64,000 bases of DNA from Chiloscyllium plagiosum (Eukaryota): NCBI RefSeq assembly GCF_004010195.1, contig NC_057718.1, forward strand, positions 12,739,949 through 12,803,948. Reading direction: 5' to 3'. The translations under genes and the position numbers were made by a program. Positions 25,075 through 38,250 of this stretch are shown here, piece by piece. Every line of letters begins with the position of its first letter. The stretch's first letter is position 1. The notes beneath the pieces were generated by a model. It was not told where the DNA came from. It saw only the letters and a list, made by a program, of their open reading frames with translations, and searched no databases.

Positions 25075-26289
25075 AAAATCTTTGAGGGATCCAGATAGAC
25101 TGGATGGAGAGTACCTGATCCCACTGATGCAAGGGTGGGCAATCAGAGGATGTGGATTTTAAAGTAATTGGCAAAACAGCCAAAAGTGACTTGAGGAAAA
25201 ACAAACTTATTAATTTTCCAAAGGGCGACTAATTGCAGGACTAGCAAAAGGGTGGTAGATACTTTAAATAAACTTGGTCAGATACATGTCTAAGGCAGTT
25301 GGGACTTGAGCCATATCCAGTGATGGATTGAACTGTGCTACCATAGGTACTGCTTCAACCAGTGGAGACATCTCATGCCATCTTGTCCTTGCTGTTCCTG
25401 CACTACAAGAGCCCAAAGGTGATGTTATACATGGACTTCTAAACATTTATGCTGAAGAGAGCTCTAAACATCATGCATCATGATGATGTCATAGAATTGT
25501 GAACAGAACAGTTTAGGATCTCGAAGTGGTGAGACTGAACGTTCAATTTGCCTCAAAGTGTTTGCAACAATGTCTGTGGTATCTTTATAACCTGTAATTA
25601 GATATGTTGACATGTGGTAAGCAATACCTTAACAAAAAGTGACTCTTTTAGTTAGACCAGGATGTGCTTCCTCAACCACATTAGACCAAGTAGACTGTTG
25701 AGTTTCCCACCCTTAATGGGCATGGTGCCAGCAGCATTCATCATGAGCTGGCATGCTCACATGAAATGGTAGGCATCTGTAGGAAATCTTCTGATTAACT
25801 TTAGGTCACCTGCTTATGCAGCACAGCCAGCACCAGAGAAACACTGAAGATTTCAGATCCTTACTTGGACCCTCCTGTGGCAATCCTTAACAAGGAAAAA
25901 TATTCCCGTGAATGTTAAAAGCATTTCAGACCTGGTAAGAACTTGCTGAAACAGGAGAGTAAGCATCTCCCTGGAGTAAGAGAATTAGTTACTGCAAAGC
26001 AGATACTGATGTGAAGTATGTGTGAAGCAGTGATCTGTGGAGGTGGGCCAAGCTATGTATAAGGTGGGAATCATACACTTTTCCATTAAAGTTGAGAATC
26101 CTCCATTATAGCTGCAAAATGCAGGAAGATTCTCCAGAAAAGCCGCAAACACCGGCAGATTACTGCAAATTAAAAGTCTTATAAGCAATGAAATATAAAG
26201 GAAGTCATGACATAAGAAATAATATTGCCACAAAGACTGTATTTCAGAAAAGGGCAAAATAGTATGAGTCATATCTGGCACATAGAAAG

Positions 26290-27565
26290 AGGAGGTCAGT
26301 AGTTTCAGCTCCAGAACAGCTCTGCAGGAGTTCCTTAGAGTGTTGTCCTAGGCCAAACATCTTGAGCTGCTGCTTCAATGACCTTAAGGTCAGTAAGGTC
26401 AGAAGTGGGGTGTTCACTGAAGATTGCACCATGTTCAGCACCATTCGCAACTCCTCAGGTACTGAAGCAATCAGTGTTCAAATGCAAGAAAATAGAATAG
26501 AATAGAAATTTATTGTCACGTTTTCTTATATATGAAAAGTACAGTGAAAAGTTTTAAAACTATAACTATATGAATAACAAAAGACATACATAATTTAAAA
26601 AAATTAAAATTGAGTCATAGTTCATCACAATTCAGTTAATCGCTCCTGGGCTTGGGGAAAGCTGATTACGGAGCGATAGAATACCCAGAACACAGCTGAG
26701 ATGAAACCACCTTTCCTTGACAAGGACGCCACACCAGGACAAGACAACCACACCAGGCTGCAGAAATACTGAGCTGGAAGCATCCGCTGAAGAAGACCAT
26801 AAGAATGGAAAGTAATATTCCTGTCAAGCAATCACCATCTTCAATAAAAGACAGCCTAACCATAGTCCCTTGAAATTCAATGACATTACATCACTGAAAC
26901 CCCTAGCAATCTCCTAGGGAGAGCATTGACCAGAAACTGGACTCATAGATATAGTGGCTACAAGAATAGATCAGAGACTAGGAATACTGCAGTGAATAAC
27001 TCATTTCTTGACTCCCCAAAGGCCTGACCACTATCTCCAAGACACAAATCATGAGTCTAATGGAATGCTCCCAACTTGTCTGGATGAGTGCAGCTCCAAC
27101 AACACTCAAAGATCTTGATACCATCCAGGACAAAGTAGACTGCTTGATTGGCACCAGGTCCAAAAACATTCGCTCCCTCCAGCTCCAGCGCATATTCGCA
27201 GCAGTATGTGCTATCCAAAAGGTGCACTGCAAAAATTCACCAAACATCCTTAGGTGGCCCTTCCAAACCCATGATTGCGACTATCTAGAAGGGCAAGGGC
27301 AGCAGGTACACAGGAATATTATGACCCTGCAAGTTCCCCTCCAAGCCACTCAATATCTTGACATGGAAATGTACCGCTGTTACTTCATTGTCTCTGGGTC
27401 AAAATCCTGGAATTACCACCCTAATTGTAATGTGGGTCTACCTGTAGGAGTTCAAGAAGGCAGCTCACCACCACCATCACCACCACCACTACCCAAGTGC
27501 AACTAGGTATGTGCAGTAAATGCTGGCCAGTCAGCAACATTCATGTCCCACTTGTGAATAAAAGA
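26290..27565 (+). mobile_element. CR1/L2-clade LINE 3' portion, interrupted at ~26490-26860
   Basis: GVP..S.LGP and F.EDC RT remnants, MECSQLVWMSAAPTTLKDLDTIQDK, 3' end AAATGCTGGCC..GTGAATAAAAG. Confidence 0.7.
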
Positions 27566-27639
27566 AAGTGCGAAGAACTCGACGTCCTGGAGAAAATTTC
27601 TGAATTGAAAAATAGCTTCTAAATTAGATATTAACTCAG

Positions 27640-27960
27640 AAGCTAAACGAATAAGGTGAAACCATTGATTCTTTTATTCATGATTTCTACAGATTAGTGG
27701 AGAAATGAAACTAGGGTGACTTCAAGTCAGAATTCATAAGAGACAAAATTGTATAGGAATTCTGATGAGTCTGTCAGATTCACTGCAGTCCAAAGAAATC
27801 CCAACTCTTGAGAAAGCCACTCAGATGGTCAGTGAAACAGATGTCCAAAAGCCACACAGATTAATTCAAAGAGATCAGCCTTGCCACAGGAGATTAGTAG
27901 TGTCCACTAAAAACACAAGGCTCAAAACGTGGACAACTAACATGAGAAACGAGTGCAATG
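27640..27960 (+). mobile_element. Decayed Ty3/Gypsy gag-like remnant
   Basis: Frameshifted IRDKIV.GI.D.SLSDSLQSKE.PTLEKATQMV resembles the IRDRIVVGI.D..LSE.LQ....LTLEKA motif of Gypsy gag (recalled, not searched). Confidence 0.5.
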
Positions 27961-28496
27961 AATAAGATAAGCACCAGAGATGAAAAATCAGCACTGTGGA
28001 GCAAATCAAGCTCACAGGCACAGACAGTCCCCATTTTCCAGCAACCCTATTTCAGGGATAACAAATATTAGAAAAGCTATGTATAGTTCATAATCAAGAA
28101 TTCTCACCCTTGTGGAGAGACCGACATCTTTTCTAAATGGTGGAATTACTTAAATGATATAAAGTTAACAGCTGGTGAAGGAGCAATCAAAGTGCCACCA
28201 ACAGAAAACCTCCAGGGATAGGAAAAGTCTAGAGGGATATGGGCCAAATTTAGGCAAGTGGGACTAGTTTAATTTGGGAAACTTAGTCGGCATGGACAAG
28301 TTGGACTGAAGGGTCTATTACCATGCTGTATGGCTCCTTAGACTCACAATGGAACTGAAACAACAAAACAGAATCAATTGAGATTAGTTATGTTGGTATA
28401 AATAATTTGTTTCATTATATCAACAGGAAAGGAATCTGTGACTGTACTGAATTGGCTGAAATGTTTTCCACTGCTGTCAATACTGAAATGTGCTCA

Positions 28497-29315
28497 GGCC
28501 AATGGGCTGAGAAGTGGCAGATGGAGTTTAATTCAGATAAATGTGAGGTGCTGCATTTTGGAAAAGCAAATCTTAACAGGACTTATACACTTAATGGTAA
28601 GGTCCTAGGGAGTGTTGCTGAACAAAGAGACCTTGGAGTGCAGGTTTATAGCTCCTTGAAAGTGGAGTCGCAGGTAGATAGGATAGTGAAGAAGGCATTT
28701 GGTATGCTAGCTCTTATTGATCGGAGTATTGAGTTCAGGAGTTGGGAGGTCATGTTGCAGCTGTACAGGACATTGGTTAGGCCACTGTTGAAATATTGCG
28801 TGCAATTCTGGTCTCCTTCCTATTGGAAAGATGTTGTGAAAAGATTTCCAATGATTTTGCCAGGGTTGGAGGATTTCAGCTATACGGAGAGGCTGAACAG
28901 TCTGGGGCTGTTTTCCTTGGAGCGTCGGAGGTTAGGGGTGATTTTATAGAGGTTTACAAAATCATGAGGGGCATGGATAGGATAAATAGTCAAAGTCTTT
29001 TCCCTGGTGTCGGGGAGTCCAGAACAAGAGGGCAGAGGGTTTAGGGTGAGAGGGGAAAGATATAAAAGAGACCAACAGGGCAGCTTTTTCACTCAGAGGG
29101 TGGTACGTGTATGGAATGAACTGCCAGAGGAAGTGGTGGAGGCTGGTACAATAACAACATTTAAAAGGCATTTGGATGGGTATATGTATAAGAAGGGTTT
29201 GGAGGGATAAGGGCCAGGTGCTGGCAGGTGGGACTAGATTGGGTTGAGATATCTGGTTGGCATGGACGCGTTGGACCGAAGGGTGTGTTTTCATGCTGTA
29301 CATTTCTATGACTAC
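28497..29315 (+). mobile_element. CR1 LINE 3' portion
   Basis: WAEKWQMEFNSDKCEVLHFGK..EQRDLGV..LYRTLVRPLL.YCVQFWSP; tail CTATGACT. Confidence 0.92.
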
Positions 29316-30559
29316 AAGAATCAATACGTTTTGCAATGATAAACAAACGAGGTAGCCAGGGAACAGCATGTCCGATTTGAACCAGTTGCCACATTTATAA
29401 CTAATATAACTTGGGATGCATCACAGATAGTGAGCAGATAACCATGAAACAAATTCAAGTCTGATGTTAGCTGCTGAGGTGACTTGGAAGAGAAAAGTTC
29501 AAGCAGAATATTTCACTTCTTTTCCCAAGAATAATCCAAAGTAACTGTGACAGAGATCGTGCTAAAATCGAAGCAATCCTCAAATAGCAGAACTTCAAAA
29601 GGGAACATGTTAGTTTCACCAATAATGCAATTGCTGAAAACTAATGAGAGAGTCCAAAGTAGTCATTGTGTTAAAGTAAAAACTTGATATGCTTCAGCAC
29701 AAGTCTACAGTTTGAGTATCAACATCTTCTGACTAAGATTGGAGATGTTATACATACAACTTCATGGAAACCACCATGAGAAGTGATTACCAGAGTCTGA
29801 CAATTCAAGCTAACTGCAAATAAGAAATTGCCTTCTTCAGCAGGAAGGTGTCTTCCACAAAGGAAATCCAAGGGAGCGTTAAGGAAGAAAATCAAATAAA
29901 ATAATCTATTACCTGGTAAACTAGCAGTTTTGCAAGCTTGAAGAGAACCCATTCCCGGAGAATAGCGAAACCACCAGATTAACTGCACTTCTAAAGTCAG
30001 AGACTTGTGAAAGTGGGCTTATTTTAATGTAATTATACACATAGATCGCAATAAAAATGGTAAAAAAAACTTGGGATGATAGATGTATATAGTCTGAAAG
30101 GGATAATACTGAGGAGTGTCATAAGGACTAACCATTATGATGATAATGTACAGATCAGTGGATAGAACAGCTTTGGATCTCAAAGGAGTGAGACCTAATA
30201 TTCAGGTCCTCCTCATAGTCTCTGTAACAATTTTTACCATTACGAGTGTAATCTGTATATAGTTGCTGATATGCAATGAACTACATCATTGTTAACTAGA
30301 GCTTCTTCTAGTTAGACCAGGAAGTGATTTCCCTCTACCAGACTAGACCAGGCAGGCTCAGAAGTTTCCTATGCTAACAAGGATGTTGGCAGCAACCTTC
30401 ATCATGAGCAGCAACTCATACTGTGTTGTGATCTGGTATGTCCATGCAACAGGCGGGAGTATGGACCTTGCTAAATAGCTGTTAAAGAGAGCTGCCATGG
30501 ACATGATGGAACAATCAGCCTCCCTTATGCCTTAACCATTCTATTATTTTACTAACTCA

Positions 30560-31260
30560 GGGTGAGGGTCTAGATGTAGGTATGCTCACTGAGCTGGAAG
30601 GTTCTTTTTCAGACGTTTCATCACCATACTAGGTAACATCTTCAGTAAGCCTCTGGATGAAGCACTGCTGATGTTTCCTGCTTTCTATTTAAATGTTTGG
30701 GTTTTCTTTGAGTTGGTGATGTCATTTCCTGTGGTGATGTCATTTTCTGTTCTTTTTCTCGGGGGCTGGTAAATGGGGTCCAAGTCAATGTGTTTGTTGA
30801 TAGAGTTTCGATTGGAATGAGCTTAAAAATGTGTTGCTGGAAAAGCGAAGCAGGTCAGGCAGCATCAAAGGAGAAGGAGAATCGGTGTTTCGGGCATAAA
30901 CCCTTCTTCAGAAAGGCTTATGCCCGAAACGTCGATTCTCCTTCTCCTTTGATGCTGCCTGACCTGCTGCACTTTTCCAGCAACACATTTTTCAGCTCTG
31001 ATCTCCTGCATCTGCAGTCCTCACTTTCTCCTTTCGGTTGGAATGCCATGTTTCTAGGCATGTCTCCGTTTGGCCTGTCCTAGGATGGATGTGTTGTCCC
31101 AGTCGAAATGGTGTCCTTCCTTATCTGTATGTAAGGATACTAGTGAGAGAGGGTCATGCTGTTTTTTGGCTAGTTGATGTTCAAGTATCCTGGTGGCTAG
31201 TTTCTGCCTGTTTGTCCAATGTAGTGTTTGTTACAGATCTTGCACGGTATTTTGTAAATC
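30560..31260 (-). mobile_element. PLE family E remnant (GIY-YIG endonuclease end, 3' UTR, hammerhead motif)
   Basis: Minus strand 31259-31170 reads IYKIPCKICNKHYIGQTGR..ATRILEH; CTGAAGA-T-GTTACC-TAGTAT-GGTGAT-GAAAC-GTC at 30645-30612. Confidence 0.8.
30819..31031. mobile_element. Palindromic PLE family A mini-insertion nested in family E
   Basis: Inverted arms ~30819-30905 / ~30913-30998, 33-nt tail; flanking repeat TTTCG(A/G)TTGGAATG (30806-30819, 31032-31045). Confidence 0.8.
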
Positions 31261-31544
31261 AGAGTGAGGGTGTCACTGGATAGGCCAGCTTTTAATACCC
31301 ATCCCTAATTGCCCAGAGGGAGAAAGTGAGGACTGCAGAGTAAGGATACTAGTGAGAGAGGGTCATGCTGTTTTTTGGCTAGTTGATGTTCAAGTATCCT
31401 GGTGGCTAGTTTTCTGCCTGTTTGTTCAATGTAGTGTTACACATCTTGCACGGTATTTTGTAAATCAGAGTGAGGGTGTCACTGTGAGGCCAGCTTTTAA
31501 TACCCATCCCTAATTGCCCAGAGGGAGAAAGTGAGGACTGCAGA
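31131..31544. repeat. Tandem duplication of ~205-209 bp
   Basis: GTAAGGATACTAGTGAGAGAGGG...GAGGACTGCAGA at 31131-31339 and 31340-31544 with few differences. Confidence 0.9.
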
Positions 31545-31653
31545 TGCTGGAGATCAGAGTCGAGAGTGTGGTGCTGGAAAAGCACAGCAGATCAGGCAGC
31601 GTCCGGGGTGCAGGAGAATTGATGTTTAGGGCATAAGCCCTTCATCAGAAAAC
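31526..31653 (-). mobile_element. PLE family A solo 3' end inserted in a SINE
   Basis: 11-bp direct repeat TGCCCAGAGGG (31515-31525, 31654-31664); decayed hammerhead core starting at 31648. Confidence 0.8.
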
Positions 31654-32715
31654 TGCCCAGAGGGCAGTTAAGAGTCAACCACATTGCTGTGGGTCTGGAG
31701 TCACACAGAGGCCAGAGTAGGTAAGAATGGCAGTTTCCTTCCCTAAAGGTCACTACTGAACCAGAAGAGTTTTTCCAACATTCAACAATGGATTTCATGA
31801 TCATTATTAGACCCTTAATTCCAGGTTCTTCAATGAATTCAAATTCTACTATCTGCCATGGCAGGTTTGAACCTAGGTCCCCAGAAGATTGCATGGGTCT
31901 CTGGATTAATAATCTATCAATAATATCAGTAAGTCATCGTCTCTCTTTGCACTGAACGGATTTCATTTCACAAGTTTTATTGTGTAGAAATGCAACAAAA
32001 CCATCATTAAGCTTTACTAAAATTTGGAATATTTCACACAAAATGGTGACCATCACTATTTAAGTTGGTATGGATATAGAATGGACAAGTTTGATTAATG
32101 GAATGTGTGGAGAATAAATATCGAATCACTTGATGCACAGGTTCTGCTGAGCATTGCCCTTCATTGTTTTTGCCTACTTAAGTGAGGAGAGATGTGGCGC
32201 AGCTTGGCAGTACAGGCAGCAGACTGTTTTTCTATCCTTGCATGAAGTATGCAGGATGGCATGGGGAGCTAGATTGTTTTTGTGTGGGCCAATAACTGGT
32301 AGCTTTGACCATCACCTCCTTCAGAACTCGAGAAGAAACTACCATCAATGCTAGTACTTTTCTTTAACAATAATAAATGTATAAAATAATAGGCATTTAA
32401 AGATGCAATCAGTCTCATGCAGCACTCACCCATTGTTTCTAGTGAACCAACAGGCACCACCTACCTGTGGCAAAGCTCAAAACACAGACAGGCAGTGGGA
32501 ATATCCTTGCCTAATGATTCTCTGCATTTTAAAAATTAGCCAAGTAATAACTTGAGGCATTCAGGGGATGATTGTTTAAATAGAAACATTGTGAAGGTTA
32601 CAGAGAAAAAGGCAAGAGATTGACAATAAGTTAAATTGTCCAGAGCGCTGGTGGATGACTGGCCTCCTGTACTATAACTAATCTGCGATTCTCTGAAAAG
32701 AGGACCAGAACTGTG

Positions 32716-32990
32716 CTGTCTGCACATTCTCCCCGTTTCTGCGTAGATTTCTTCCGGGTGCTCTGGTTTCCTCCCACAGTGCAAAGATGTGCAGGTTAGG
32801 TGGATTGGCCGTGCTAAATTGCCCATAGTGACCAGGTATGTGTAGGTTAGGTGGATTAACCATGGGAAATGCAGGGTTACAGGGATTAGGTAGTGGGGTG
32901 AGTCTGGATGGAATGCTGTTTGGAGAGTCAGTATAGACTTGTTGGGCCAAATGGTCTGTTTCCACGCTGTCGGAATTCAATGAATTCTAT
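32716..32990 (+). mobile_element. HE1-type V-SINE, 5'-truncated
   Basis: TGCACATTCTCCCCGT..CCGGGTGCTCTGGTTTCCTCCCACAG V-domain. Confidence 0.85.
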
Positions 32991-34359
32991 AACTGATAGT
33001 GGAATTTAAAAATCATAGGTAATCATTCGCAAAAAATGTATTAAAATTGAGTAGAAGTCATAGTAAGTATTTATCAAATCCCAGTTTGACCTCAAAAGGA
33101 GTATTGTATTCAATACAGGGCATCAAACTCTAAGAAGGAAATGATGGTTTCAGTGGAGGCACAGACAAGATTAATATGAATAGTGATTTAAGTAACTTCG
33201 GTTCCACAGTTAGATGGAGAAACTGGAAAATTGTTTTCCTCGGTGATGCAAAGGTTGAGAGGCAGTTTGACAGAGGTATTCAAAATCATGAGATATCAAT
33301 TAAAAACAACTTGCATGAGTGGAAGAGTCAAGAACCAGAGGACATTGATTAAAGATGATTAGCATAAGACCCAAAGCCAAAATGAAGGAAAGCTTTTTTA
33401 TACATCATGAAGTTAGGATTCACAATGTACTACCTGACAGTATGCTTTTGTATCTTTAATGGCTTTGTCTTGGGCCTGGGTATAGTTGTTATGGCAGTAA
33501 TCAGCCACACAGCCCAGGTTCTGGTAACTCTCTATCCGTGCCCAGGCATATTCAATCATTGCTTTTAAAAGGGAATAGAATATTATTCCCATTCCCTTTC
33601 CCTTTCTCTTCTCTAAAGAAGAGAGAAAATAATTGCAGGGCTACATTGTAAAGGTGAGGGCAACGAGACAGGATAAGTTGCTCTTTAATAGAGCCAGAGC
33701 AAACACGATGGCCTGAATGGCTGCCATTGTTGAAACCATTCTAAAATTCTAGTGCACGTGATGTTGTACTAATTTACGGGATTATGAGCAGTTCATGAAT
33801 TTCCAAATAGCAATCATGTGCCTGATGGGTGAAATTACTGAGTAAATAACAAAATTAAAATAAGACAGTATACAATGCCAGCATGAATAATTTTGCAAGG
33901 CTAATTTTGAGAAACAACGTGGTTTCTTCAGATGTATTCTGTAGTGTTTCTCTACAGATGTAGCATCTAAATGGATCCCAAAGCTTTGAGTGTTGTCTGA
34001 ATTCAGTCTTCCACCCTTGTGTGTTTTCCTGAGATGGCCAAAGAGGAAAGTTATGATTCTGTCATAGTGCAAGATGCATTTATTTACTGACCCACAAATA
34101 TCATTTTTATTCTGTAGTCACTGGCATTTCACAAGCAGGGCAACAGAATGGATTCCTTTTTATTTCGAGAGCCAAATGAATCAACCATAAATCCAAGAAC
34201 TGAAGTATATTTCCAAAGAATATATATCTCATCTTCCTGTATTCAATCAGTTTTCTCTCTGGCCAATAGCAAAAAAGACTGCATAACAAAGACATCGCTG
34301 CAAAGGTGTAAGTAAAGGACCTTCAGCACTTAGACAGCTCCTTTCTTCAAATTGGGAAG

Positions 34360-36095
34360 TCATAGTCAAAGTCATAGAGATGTACAGCATGGAAACAGAC
34401 CCTTTGGTTCAACTCGTCCATGCTGACTTGATATCCTAACCTAATCTAGTCTCATTTGCCAGCACTTGGTCCATATCCATCTAAACCCTTCCTATACATG
34501 CACCCATTCAGATGCCTTTTAAATGCTGTAATTGTACCAGACTCCACCACTTCCTCTGGCAGCTCATTCCATACACGCACTACCCTCTGTGTGAAAAAGC
34601 TACCCTTTAGGCCCCTTTTATATCTTTCCCCTCTCACCCTAAACCTGTGCCCTCCAGTTCTGGACTCCCCCATCCCAGGGAAAAGACCTTGTCTATTTAT
34701 CCTATCTTTGCCCCTCATAATTTTGTAAACCTCTATGAGATCACCCCTCAGCCTCCAATGCTGCAAAAAAAAATCAGCCTCAGCCTTTTCAGCCTCTCCC
34801 TAAAGCCCAATATCTTTGTAAGTCTTTTCTGAACCCTTTCAAGTTTCACAACATCCTTCCAATAGGAAGACCAGAATTTCACACAATATTCATAGAGATG
34901 TACAGCATGGAAACGGCACGGTGGCACAGTGGTTAGCACTGCAGCCTCACAGCGCCAGAGACCCGGGTTCAATTCCCGACTCAGGCGACTGACTGTGTGG
35001 AGTTTGCACGTTCTCCCTGTGTCTGCGTGGGTTTCCTCCGGGTGCTCCGGTTTCCTCCCACAATCCAAAAATGTGCGGGTCAGGTGAATTGGCCATGCTA
35101 AATTGCCCGTAGTGTTAGGTTAAAGGGGTAAATGTAGGGGTATGGGTGGGTTGCGCTTCGGCGGGTCGGTGTGGACTTGTTGGGCCGAAGGGCCTGTTTC
35201 CACACTGTAAGTAATCTAATCTAATCTAATCTAATTCCAAAAGTGGCCGAAGCAATGTCCTGTACAGCCGCAACATGACCTCCCAACTCCTATACTCAAT
35301 GCACTGACCAATAAAGGAAAGTATACCAAACTCCTTCTTCACTACCCTATCTATCTAAGCCTCCAGTTTCAAGGAGCTATGAACGTGCACTGCAAGGACT
35401 ATTTGTCCAGCACACACCCCAGGACTTTACCGTTAAGTGTGTAAGTCCTGCTCTGATTTGCTTTTCCAAAATGCAGTCCCTTGCATTTATCTAAGTTAAA
35501 CTCCATCTGTCGCTCCTCAGCCCATTGGCCTATCTGGTCAAGATCCTTTTGTACTCTGAGGTAACCCTCTTCACTGTCCACTACACCTCTAATTTTGGTG
35601 TCATCTGCAAACTTACTAACTACACCTCCTATGTTCACATCCAAATCATTTTTATAAATGATGAAAAGCAGTGGACCTAGCACCGATCCTTGTGGCACAC
35701 CACTGGTCACAGGCTTCCAGTCTGAAAAACAAACCTCCACCACTACCCTCTGTCTTCTATCTTTGAGCCAGTTCTGTATCCAAATGGCTGGTTCTCCCTG
35801 TATTCCATCAGGTCTAACCTTGCTAACCAGTCTCCCGTAGGAACCTCATCGAATGCCTTACTGAAGTTCATATAGATCACATCCACCATTCTGCCCTCTT
35901 TGTTACATGATTTCCCATGCACAAAGCCATGTTGACTATCCCTAATCAGTCCTTGCCTTTCCAAATACATATAAATCCTGTCCCTCAAGACTCCCTCCAA
36001 TAATTTGCCCATCACTGATGTCAGGGTCACCAGTCTTTTCCTTAACATGTTTCTTAAATAGTGATACCACTTTAGCCAACCTCCAGTCTTCCAGT
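34360..36095 (-). mobile_element. CR1 LINE, 5'-truncated, interrupted by an HE1 SINE
   Basis: SGVPQGSVLGPLLF..KFADDTK RT motifs (ORF 35399-35743) and CR1 3' end at ~34360. Confidence 0.92.
34915..35233 (+). mobile_element. HE1-type V-SINE, near full length
   Basis: Intact A/B boxes, V-domain, (TAATC)4 tail, CpGs retained (young copy). Confidence 0.92.
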
Positions 36096-37589
36096 TGTGA
36101 AAGTAAGCATACTTGACAGAAATTTGATGGGATTTGGTGGGAGATGGCAGTCTCTGTGTTTGACTACTACAAAATTCCTGAGAATTCCAGATCAAGGTTT
36201 CTCTCATCCTCAGCTTCTTTCACTGGCCACAAAGGACTCTGGAGGTGATGGGGTTTTTGCTGTACAGTTGCAACTGAGTCGATGAGATGTGTCTTCCCCT
36301 GTTCTGTTTATTATGTAGGGAACATATAGAAGAGATCTTGCAATAACCAGGGCTTAAAAGAGTTTTGATCCACAGAAAGAATTGGTGAACATTAAATTAG
36401 TGAACTGCACTCCTTTTACATTTCAAAACATCACCTGCTGGCAATGTCATCATAAACTGCAAATTTATCCCATTAGTTTTGGTTTAGTTAGCATCAGTTG
36501 CTCCCTGTACAATACAGTTTTTGCAGTTCTTCTAATGCCTTGTTATAGGAGGGAAGCTTTACTATGTGCAGGAAAGTGGCAATCTCCACTGTGGATGGAT
36601 TGCCCTCTGAGGAATAGTAAGTGGAACACAATTTAATAAACTCTAGATTAATTTGTGCCAGATCACTGTTGGATGTGACATCAGCGCTTTTTTAAATTAC
36701 AGCAATTGCTACATTCATCTCGTTGTTTCCTATGGTTTAGCCAGCAGTGCATATGATTATCCCTCCATTTGTCGATATTATTTGACAGTGCACATTCAGT
36801 TTTCTCTGTTATGTGTTGATACTTGAGGAGCACCAGAGGGTTTTAAGTATTAGTGGCAAAAGCTGCAAGTCAAATTTGCAGATCATTGGTATTATCTTCT
36901 TGGTTCATGATCTTACACTTCTGCTTGTTTGAAGAGACAGGGCGTAGTCAAGTCCCTGATAAATAATTGACACACATCTCTTGACAAGAAATTACTGGAG
37001 ACACAATCCAGGTGATTGGCACAGCATTCAGTGGCCTAAACTTGGATTCGTGCCACTATTTAACTTCCATTTATGTTTGGCTTTATTTACTTCTGCCATG
37101 ACAAATTCCAGTACCACCACTTAGTGATCTGAAAGTAGATTAGATACTGAGGCAATGCCTTAAATTACTTGTTTATCTCTTGCAATGGCTCACTTGGTAA
37201 ACAGAGTGTAACTGGGTTTAATTCCTGGTGTGGTGTCAGCCAGCATGGCACTGGGGAGGGAAATAAACATAATTAGCTTCTGCATCCCTAGATATAAAGC
37301 AGGGGAAATCACATATTATGTGTCATATGAAAAGAGGCCTTTCAGCCCCATTGGTCTGTGCTATCAACTAACTTAAGCCATTCCTGTCATCCCAGGAATT
37401 ACTTATGAGGAGAGATTGAGAAGACTAGGCCGGTATTTTCTAAAGTTTAGAAGAATGAGAGGGAATACAAGAGAATCCCTACATTGTGGAAGCAGGCCAT
37501 TCAGCCCATCAGGTCCACACAGACCCTGTAAAGAGCACCCTTTGAAGCAAAAAGGGAGTTAGGAGTCTGAATTCAAGATTCTCTTAAGG

Positions 37590-38250
37590 TTAAGATGAAG
37601 GTTCAGTGGCAGTATGCAAGACAAATGCAGTGTTACCATTGATTTCAAGAGGGCTAGAATACAAGAGCAGGGATGTACTGCTGAGACTGTATAATGTTCT
37701 GGTCAGACCACATTTGGAATATTGTGCACAGTTTTGAGCCATGTATCTAAGAAAGGATATGGTGGCCTTGGAGGGATCTAGACTGGTTCACAAGGATGAT
37801 CTTGGAAATGAAGGGCTTACCGTTTGAGGAGCAGGTGAGGACTCTGGATCTATATTTGATAAAGTTTAGAACAAAGAGGGGGGGATCTGATTGAAACTTA
37901 CAGAATCCTGAGAAACGTGGATAGGGTGGACTTGGAGAAGATATCTCCAGACTCAGACCCAAGAGCACAACCTCAAGAGTGAAGGACAAGCCTTCAGAAC
38001 TGTGATGAGGAGGAATTTCTTCAGTTAGAGAGTGACGGACCTTTGGAACTCATTGTTGCAGAAGGATGTGGAGGCCAAGTCATTTGAGTGTATTTAAGAC
38101 AGAGATAGATAGGTTCTTGGGGGATCAAAACTTATGGAGAGAAGGCATGAGAATGGGATTGAGAAATATATTAGCCTTGATTGAATAGTGGAGCAGACTT
38201 GAGAGGCAGATTGGTTTAGTTCTGCTTCTAAATCTGATGGTCTTATAGAA
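37590..38250 (+). mobile_element. CR1 LINE 3' portion
   Basis: LRLYNVLVRPHLEYC.QF..YLRKD remnants and CR1 3' UTR. Confidence 0.8.

Noticed and set aside
28407..28949. 180-aa ORF as a host gene (also 35399-36207, 27051-27506, 56944-57483)
   Set aside because: Frameshifted CR1/L2/PLE protein remnants
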